Shown: positions 59,405 to 64,000 of the stretch, in pieces | How positions within the stretch are numbered: the first letter of the stretch is position 1 | Layout of the letters: each line of letters opens with the position of its first letter | From: an uncultured virus (IMG/VR IMGVR_UViG_3300010353_000982) | Lineage: Duplodnaviria; Heunggongvirae; Uroviricota; Caudoviricetes | IMG/VR virus record: IMGVR_UViG_3300010353_000982 | Strand: one strand, 5' to 3' | Length of the DNA stretch: 64,000 bases | Position numbers and translations under genes: made by a program | The notes under the pieces: model-generated | The model's database searches: none | What the model was told of the DNA's origin: nothing | Seen by the model: the letters and a program-made list of their open reading frames with translations, nothing else

Positions 59405-60082
59405 ATGGCAATCAATTTCGATTTTTCGACTGAAGTGCAGGAGAAAATCACGGCGGGCCACGTTAGGGCTCACGATGAAAAGTTCCGCGTCACCACGTCG
59501 AAAATGACGGGAAAACTTGCAGGCATCGTCGGAATTTCGACGAACCCCCTCGCAAATCCCTTCTGTAAATCGATGCAGAACGTCGAGGGAGCCGTCTGTC
59601 AGAATTGTTACTCGTGCAGGATGCTTTTATCGTCGAGAAAGCAGGCGATAACGGCGTGGACGGCGAATACCGTCGCCCTGTCCGACGACAATCTGTCAGA
59701 TGAAATGCTCCCGTCGATACCCGACGGCGCTTATGTGCGGTTCAATCCACACGGCGAGATTACGTCGGAGGCAATGGTGCGGAATTTCTTCCGTATTGCA
59801 CGGAGGAACCCGACGGCGCACTTCGTTCTCTTTACGAAGAGATACGAACTTGTCCGTCGTTGCGCCGACGAGAAGCCCTCAAACGTGGCCCTCGTTGCCT
59901 CGGCGTATCACCTCAATAAGCCCGTCGATAGCGTCGAAGGCTTCGACACGGTTTTCCGTGTCTTTACGCCTGAATACGCCGATTCTCACGGCGTAAAAAT
60001 CAACTGCCTCCTCCGTTGCAACGACTGCAAAAAGTGCTGGTCTACCGACGGTGGACAGGTGATTAATGAGAGACTCAAATAA
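59405..60082 (+). CDS. Phage Gp88-like Cys-cluster protein
   Basis: SKMTGKL, C...CxxCY, RFNPHGE, FTKR, C...CxxCxxC; AGGAGTGA RBS. Confidence 0.7.
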   Translation: MAINFDFSTEVQEKITAGHVRAHDEKFRVTTSKMTGKLAGIVGISTNPLANPFCKSMQNVEGAVCQNCYSCRMLLSSRKQAITAWTANTVALSDDNLSDEMLPSIPDGAYVRFNPHGEITSEAMVRNFFRIARRNPTAHFVLFTKRYELVRRCADEKPSNVALVASAYHLNKPVDSVEGFDTVFRVFTPEYADSHGVKINCLLRCNDCKKCWSTDGGQVINERLK

Positions 60083-60087
60083 CCTTT

Positions 60088-60130
60088 TTCCCGACGCTTT
60101 CAGGCGTTGAAGTTCAATCTTCACGGGGAA
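60088..60130 (+). ncRNA. tRNA-like element E3
   Basis: TTCCCG/CGGGGAA stem, ACGC-TTTCAG-GCGT hairpin, TGAAG-TTCAAT-CTTCA arm. Confidence 0.7.
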
Positions 60131-60173
60131 TTCCCGACGAGACCGTCGAGTCTCCGAGGGCGGAGTTAAAAAA

Positions 60174-60509
60174 ATGGCTACAGACGCAAACAACGACGCA
60201 GTCGTCGATATGTCGGTTGAATATGACAATGTGAAGTTTCTTCACGTCGAAAAGAACGACGATAAAGTTAAATTTGTCGTCGAATTTTACGACGGTGGAA
60301 AGACAGGGCCACATTACGTCAATAAAATCGACTGGATAACCATTTTAACGGCGGCTGCCGTCGGAAGTTCGACGCTTACCATCCACGGTAACGAGGCGCA
60401 CTACACGGGCTACTCGTCGTATGGCGGTAAAGTTGTCGTCGAGGTAAAGGAACTTGAACAGTCGAAAATGCGGTTTGTTAACGTCGAAATGTCGTTACCA
60501 AACCACTAA
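60174..60509 (+). CDS. Hypothetical protein
   Basis: GGAG RBS; ORF track. Confidence 0.7.
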   Translation: MATDANNDAVVDMSVEYDNVKFLHVEKNDDKVKFVVEFYDGGKTGPHYVNKIDWITILTAAAVGSSTLTIHGNEAHYTGYSSYGGKVVVEVKELEQSKMRFVNVEMSLPNH

Positions 60510-60511
60510 TT

Positions 60512-60554
60512 TTTCTCGGCGCTATCAGGCGTTAAGTTCAATCTTTCCGAGAAA
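60512..60554 (+). ncRNA. tRNA-like element E4
   Basis: TTTCTCGG/CCGAGAAA stem, CGC-TATCAG-GCG hairpin, AAG-TTCAAT-CTT arm. Confidence 0.7.
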
Positions 60555-60598
60555 TTCCCGAGGAGCGCTCGACGTTCCGACGGAGTGAGTGATAAAAA

Positions 60599-60856
60599 AT
60601 GGCTGAAAATACGACGGTGCTCGACGCACTGGAGAAGTTGTATGTTTCTTCGACGAAATACGGCGCGCCACAATGCGCTTACCTCCGTTATGACGTCAGA
60701 AAACACGACTGGTATTGTGACTATCGTAACTCTCGACGCGACCGATATCAGGACGTCTGTGTTTACGACGACAAGACAGTCGAAAATCTCCGTAAAATCG
60801 AGCAAACCTGCCCCTGCTGGCACGACGATATTCTCGACGGTGATAACGATGATTGA
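60599..60856 (+). CDS. Small Cys-rich protein (paralog 1)
   Basis: C.YLR.D...WYC...RRD...VCV.DD...CPCW. Confidence 0.7.
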   Translation: MAENTTVLDALEKLYVSSTKYGAPQCAYLRYDVRKHDWYCDYRNSRRDRYQDVCVYDDKTVENLRKIEQTCPCWHDDILDGDNDD

Positions 60857-61025
60857 ATGCGAATATCTCCGTTTTGATTACGTCGAGCGGGAATGGTATT
60901 GTGCGTTTCGTCTGACCCGACGTGATAAGTTAAATTACGTCTGTGTTTGCGACGATGACGACGTAAAGCAGTTGATTGCCGACGAGATTTACTGCCCCTG
61001 CTGGCGTAGTCTCGACGATGAATAA
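60849..61025 (+). CDS. Small Cys-rich protein (paralog 2)
   Basis: Same motif; GGTGA RBS before ATG 60849. Confidence 0.7.
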   Translation: MIECEYLRFDYVEREWYCAFRLTRRDKLNYVCVCDDDDVKQLIADEIYCPCWRSLDDE

Positions 61026-61028
61026 ATT

Positions 61029-61072
61029 TTTCAGTCGCGCTTATGGCGTAAAGTTCAATCTTTCGGCTGAAA
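61029..61072 (+). ncRNA. tRNA-like element E5
   Basis: TTTCAGTCG/CGGCTGAAA stem, CGC-TTATG-GCG hairpin, AAAG-TTCAAT-CTTT arm. Confidence 0.7.
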
Positions 61073-61107
61073 TCCCCCGAGGAAACGACGGGGTTTAGGT
61101 GAAAAAA

Positions 61108-61269
61108 ATGGCTTTTGGAATAAACTCAATTTGCCGTCTATATCTCGACGGTGAAGTATTTCACGTATGCTGCAATCGTGAAGTAGTAGAATCGATGAAA
61201 TCCCGACTGGTTCAGGCGGGTATTTCGGCGGAACGCCTTCGAGTTACGGAGAGAATGCCGAATATCTGA
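61108..61269 (+). CDS. Hypothetical protein, 53 aa
   Basis: AGGTGA RBS; hand-translated MAFGINSICRLYLDG... Confidence 0.6.
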   Translation: MAFGINSICRLYLDGEVFHVCCNREVVESMKSRLVQAGISAERLRVTERMPNI

Positions 61270-61451
61270 ACCAATTTTTCGACGGAGCGGAATCTCACCG
61301 CCGACAACCGACGGTGGGACGCATCTGACGGAGAATCGACGGAAAATCCTGGAGAACGACGGATACCGACGACTTCACGCACCATGCGCGGAAAAAAAAA
61401 GCAGCCCAGTTTGGCCCCAGTTGGGGTATTTGGGCAGGAATTGAGTAGAAA

Positions 61452-61661
61452 ATGCAATCAGTCCAGTTTATGCACCGCGACGGGCATTGTGAAGACTTCC
61501 TCGAATTTACGGAGAGTCTTGGTTTCGATGCCAGTGCAGCACAGTCAGACGAAGATGGCATGGACTGTATCGACAACGCCCTCGAATGGCTCAACAGAGC
61601 ACACGATGGCGTGCGGTATATTCTCGCCGAGTTTGGGGTGGTGGTAGCAGTTCCCGCGTAA
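61452..61661 (+). CDS. Small acidic protein
   Basis: ORF track. Confidence 0.6.
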   Translation: MQSVQFMHRDGHCEDFLEFTESLGFDASAAQSDEDGMDCIDNALEWLNRAHDGVRYILAEFGVVVAVPA

Positions 61662-61753
61662 CGACGATTTGCTACCTGAACCCGCCCCTCACTCCTAGTT
61701 CATGCTGATACTCAACGACGGGAAGAGAAATTCATTCCCGTCTGATACCATAG

Positions 61754-61812
61754 TTTTTTATCCCGTAACGTCGTAAGGGTGCGTCCCTGCGGCGCGGAGA
61801 TAGTTAACAATG
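61754..61812 (+). promoter_or_regulatory. Intergenic hairpin overlapping RBS (family B, copy 3)
   Basis: T6-ATCCCG-TAA-CGTCGT...GCGGCG-CGGAGAT then ATG. Confidence 0.5.
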
Positions 61813-62109
61813 TTTATCGTATGTCCGTCAGTCCCATCGACTGAAATGGCAATGGAAGTTTTGCACCGTGCCCAGCGGTGTGTTAAACTGTTGGCTGACG
61901 TTTCTGCGTCGGAACAGTTAGACCCTTACCTCGAAAATGAGTTAATACGAGGGTGGGACGAAGCAGAACTTAAAGACCCGATACTGCGCGACCTGTTCCC
62001 ACGACTGTATCTTGAATCAGATTTTTTTCTGATTTACGACTTCGGTCTCGACGGTTCAGTGCGGAAGATAACGCCGATGTCACGGCGGTTATTGTATCAG
62101 GAGAAATAA
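61810..62109 (+). CDS. Hypothetical protein
   Basis: ORF track; GGAG RBS. Confidence 0.6.
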   Translation: MFIVCPSVPSTEMAMEVLHRAQRCVKLLADVSASEQLDPYLENELIRGWDEAELKDPILRDLFPRLYLESDFFLIYDFGLDGSVRKITPMSRRLLYQEK

Positions 62110-62111
62110 CG

Positions 62112-62201
62112 ATGGATATCGAGTTTTTCTTCTATATAATGCTCGGCTGTATTATCGGTGGTCTCGCCGTGAGCGCATATCTGTTCATTCAGACGTTATG
62201 A
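62112..62201 (+). CDS. Hydrophobic micropeptide, 29 aa
   Basis: MDIEFFFYIMLGCIIGGLAVSAYLFIQTL fills the intergenic gap. Confidence 0.55.
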   Translation: MDIEFFFYIMLGCIIGGLAVSAYLFIQTL

Positions 62202-62212
62202 GGTGACAAAAA

Positions 62213-62422
62213 ATGTATGCGAAGGTTAATTTCAAGTCGAAGAAAGCCTTAAAACAGGCGGTCTCCGACGGGCAGCGCATTGGGATTTATCAAGTTGGCC
62301 CCTTCGGAGGTAATGAGCCCAGCAACGGGACAGTTTACCTCGAAGGCCCATGGTATCCCGAGCCCCATCGCTGGTATGCAACGGCGGAAGTTAAAGACGG
62401 CATCATCGTAAAAGTGAAATAA
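62213..62422 (+). CDS. Conserved small viral protein
   Basis: NFKSKKALK...GPWYPEPHRWYA; GAGGTGA RBS. Confidence 0.75.
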   Translation: MYAKVNFKSKKALKQAVSDGQRIGIYQVGPFGGNEPSNGTVYLEGPWYPEPHRWYATAEVKDGIIVKVK

Positions 62423-62620
62423 ATGTCCGTCGATAATTGCCCGTTCTGCGGGGAACCGTTGATTTTCGAGGACGAATACATCTTCGGAAATCACGTCGCT
62501 GGCATGTTTTATGACGACGACAGCGAATTTCTAACGGTTCGCGCCCGCTGCCCGAGGTGCAAAGCAAATTTCCACCTGAAGTATCGCTTTAATGACTACG
62601 AGGTAACTGGCTACGATTGA
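62423..62620 (+). CDS. Zn-ribbon protein
   Basis: CPFCG...CPRC. Confidence 0.7.
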   Translation: MSVDNCPFCGEPLIFEDEYIFGNHVAGMFYDDDSEFLTVRARCPRCKANFHLKYRFNDYEVTGYD

Positions 62621-62654
62621 CGGCGTAGAGCAGGTTCGAATCCTGCAGCCAGTT
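62605..62654 (+). ncRNA. tRNA-like element E6
   Basis: AACTGGCT/AGCCAGTT stem, ACG-ATTGACGG-CGT hairpin, canonical GCAGG-TTCGAAT-CCTGC T arm. Confidence 0.78.
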
Positions 62655-62763
62655 TTCGGCGGGTAGCCGACCAGTTAACGAGAGAGAAACGGAAAGCGGG
62701 GATGACCCGTGAGAGTCAAGTTCCCTCGTGGACTGGCAACGGCTTCCGTCGTTAGGTGAAAAA

Positions 62764-62976
62764 ATGACAGTTTACAGAGTGACAACAACGTATGGTCTCG
62801 CTAGTCATACGGAGAACATGGATGGCCCATACCTCGAAGAGTGGATTAAGTATCTCAAGGAGAGACACGAGGTCTGCGAGGTAACACGGTATCCAGACTC
62901 GACGTGTGTCGATATCAAGATTGACAGGCCCATCAAGGAGATGCGAGATGTCCTTATGAACCTTCTCAATTCTTAA
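62764..62976 (+). CDS. Hypothetical protein
   Basis: AGGTGA RBS before ATG 62764. Confidence 0.65.
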   Translation: MTVYRVTTTYGLASHTENMDGPYLEEWIKYLKERHEVCEVTRYPDSTCVDIKIDRPIKEMRDVLMNLLNS

Positions 62977-63041
62977 GACTTGGCCCTTTTGGCCCTAATC
63001 TGGCCCTTTTACCTTGAGTTAACCAATGAAGGAGAATTTCG

Positions 63042-63218
63042 ATGAAGACTAAATGTAACATCTGCGGTTTTGAGATGGAGTTCGACGCGCAGCAAAACAG
63101 CCTACAATGCGGCAAAACTCTCATCATCTGTCCCATCTGTAAAAATCCACTTGTGAAGTGTGATTGCAAAATTGTCGTCGAGACAATAATGCTCAATGCA
63201 ACCAATCCCGACGACTGA
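63042..63218 (+). CDS. Zn-ribbon protein, 58 aa
   Basis: CNICG...CPIC; AGGAG RBS. Confidence 0.65.
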   Translation: MKTKCNICGFEMEFDAQQNSLQCGKTLIICPICKNPLVKCDCKIVVETIMLNATNPDD

Positions 63219-63242
63219 AACAAGAAGAAAGACGATACGATG

Positions 63243-63300
63243 GACGGTCTCGCGGCCCTGTTTGGGTAGCCGAGAAAGGGGTGCAATTCCCCTTACCGTT
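63243..63300 (+). ncRNA. tRNA-like element E7
   Basis: GACGGT/ACCGTT stem, CTCG...CGAG arm, AAGGGG-TGCAATT-CCCCTT T-like arm; then CCCTCG/CGAGGG hairpin and RBS. Confidence 0.7.
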
Positions 63301-63331
63301 TTCCCTCGAAGCGAGGGCAGGAGTTAAAACA

Positions 63332-63535
63332 ATGGCAGAAAAAAAGTTTAAGCAGTGCCTTCTGAAAATCATGCGTTCTATCGACGAGAGACTCGACGAG
63401 AGAATTAGTGAGTCCAGTGAGTATCTGTTTTTCTTCCCCAACGGAGGAGATGCAGATTATCATGAAGGACGTGTAGAGGCGCTGGAAGTTACTCGTCAGC
63501 AGATTCAAAAAATCTTTGCCGAGGAGATGAAGTAA
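63332..63535 (+). CDS. Hypothetical protein
   Basis: AGGAG RBS before ATG 63332. Confidence 0.65.
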   Translation: MAEKKFKQCLLKIMRSIDERLDERISESSEYLFFFPNGGDADYHEGRVEALEVTRQQIQKIFAEEMK

Positions 63536-63931
63536 GTGACAACAAGGGCAAATATCACCGTAATGGAAGACGGAGATATTATGATTTTCTATCAGCATTC
63601 TGATGGATATCCCGAGGGAGTTATGCCAATGCTCCGATGGTTTGTAGACTCAATGAGAGTCGGCGCTATCAGGAGAGACATTGAACTTGCCTCTGGTTGG
63701 CTTGTCATTTACGGCAGAAGAAAGATGCTGACAGACGTTCCAGCCACCGATTCACAAAGCGTTGGATACGTTATTCCCGCTGTGCATATCCACGGTGATA
63801 TAGAGTTCTATTACACCGTCGATATCAAGACGCTTACCGTCAAGGCATACGAGGTAACAGCAATTCCACCACGGAGGTTGTCAGAACTTCCGCAGAAATA
63901 CATGAGACTTGTCGAGGTATATCATGGTTGA
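63536..63931 (+). CDS. Conserved phage protein (YxHxDGYP family)
   Basis: MTTRA...YQHSDGYPEG...HGDIEF.Y. Confidence 0.75.
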   Translation: MTTRANITVMEDGDIMIFYQHSDGYPEGVMPMLRWFVDSMRVGAIRRDIELASGWLVIYGRRKMLTDVPATDSQSVGYVIPAVHIHGDIEFYYTVDIKTLTVKAYEVTAIPPRRLSELPQKYMRLVEVYHG

Positions 63932-64000
63932 AATTAAATGCACAAGATGCAAGAAAATCTTCGGATTCATGAAGGAAGAGCGCCCCGAGCATCTTAAAGT

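Noticed and set aside
1..64000. Integrated provirus or alternative genetic code
   Set aside because: No integrase, att-linked tRNA or host genes seen; conserved genes are intact under the standard code.

Overview
The window is most of the genome of a tailed archaeal dsDNA virus (Caudoviricetes; long tape measure and no sheath gene, so siphovirus-like). The host is probably a methanogen (inference from BRE/TATA promoters, GGAGG/AGGTGA RBSs, archaeal-type ThyA, ERCC4 nuclease and AEP primase). Layout: accessory genes and an SNF2 helicase (1-8 kb); ThyA; TerS, intein-containing TerL and portal (9.8-14.4 kb); a replication and nucleotide module on + (14.8-31.1 kb: helicase-like AAA+, SSB-like, Sak4-like ATPase, clamp, gp44/gp62-like clamp loader, Dcd, PolB, intein-containing NrdJ, Cas4-like nuclease, primase, ERCC4, Tmk); a virion module on - (31.3-53.8 kb) with an encapsulin-like major capsid protein and a -1 frameshifted tail chaperone; a repeat-rich non-coding zone (55.9-59.4 kb); and a probable early region (59.4-64 kb). 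The most striking unexplained signal is RNA-level. At least seven tRNA-mimic elements (closing stem + GG-containing hairpin + T-loop arm) sit at gene junctions, each upstream of an RBS, suggesting RNase Z/RNase P punctuation of viral mRNA. There is also a promoter-headed, highly structured ~550-nt candidate ncRNA, a ~110-bp inverted repeat bracketing the virion module, and a sharply bounded GATC-free, CGACG-rich region. All calls come from motif reading by eye; no database searches or folding programs were run.
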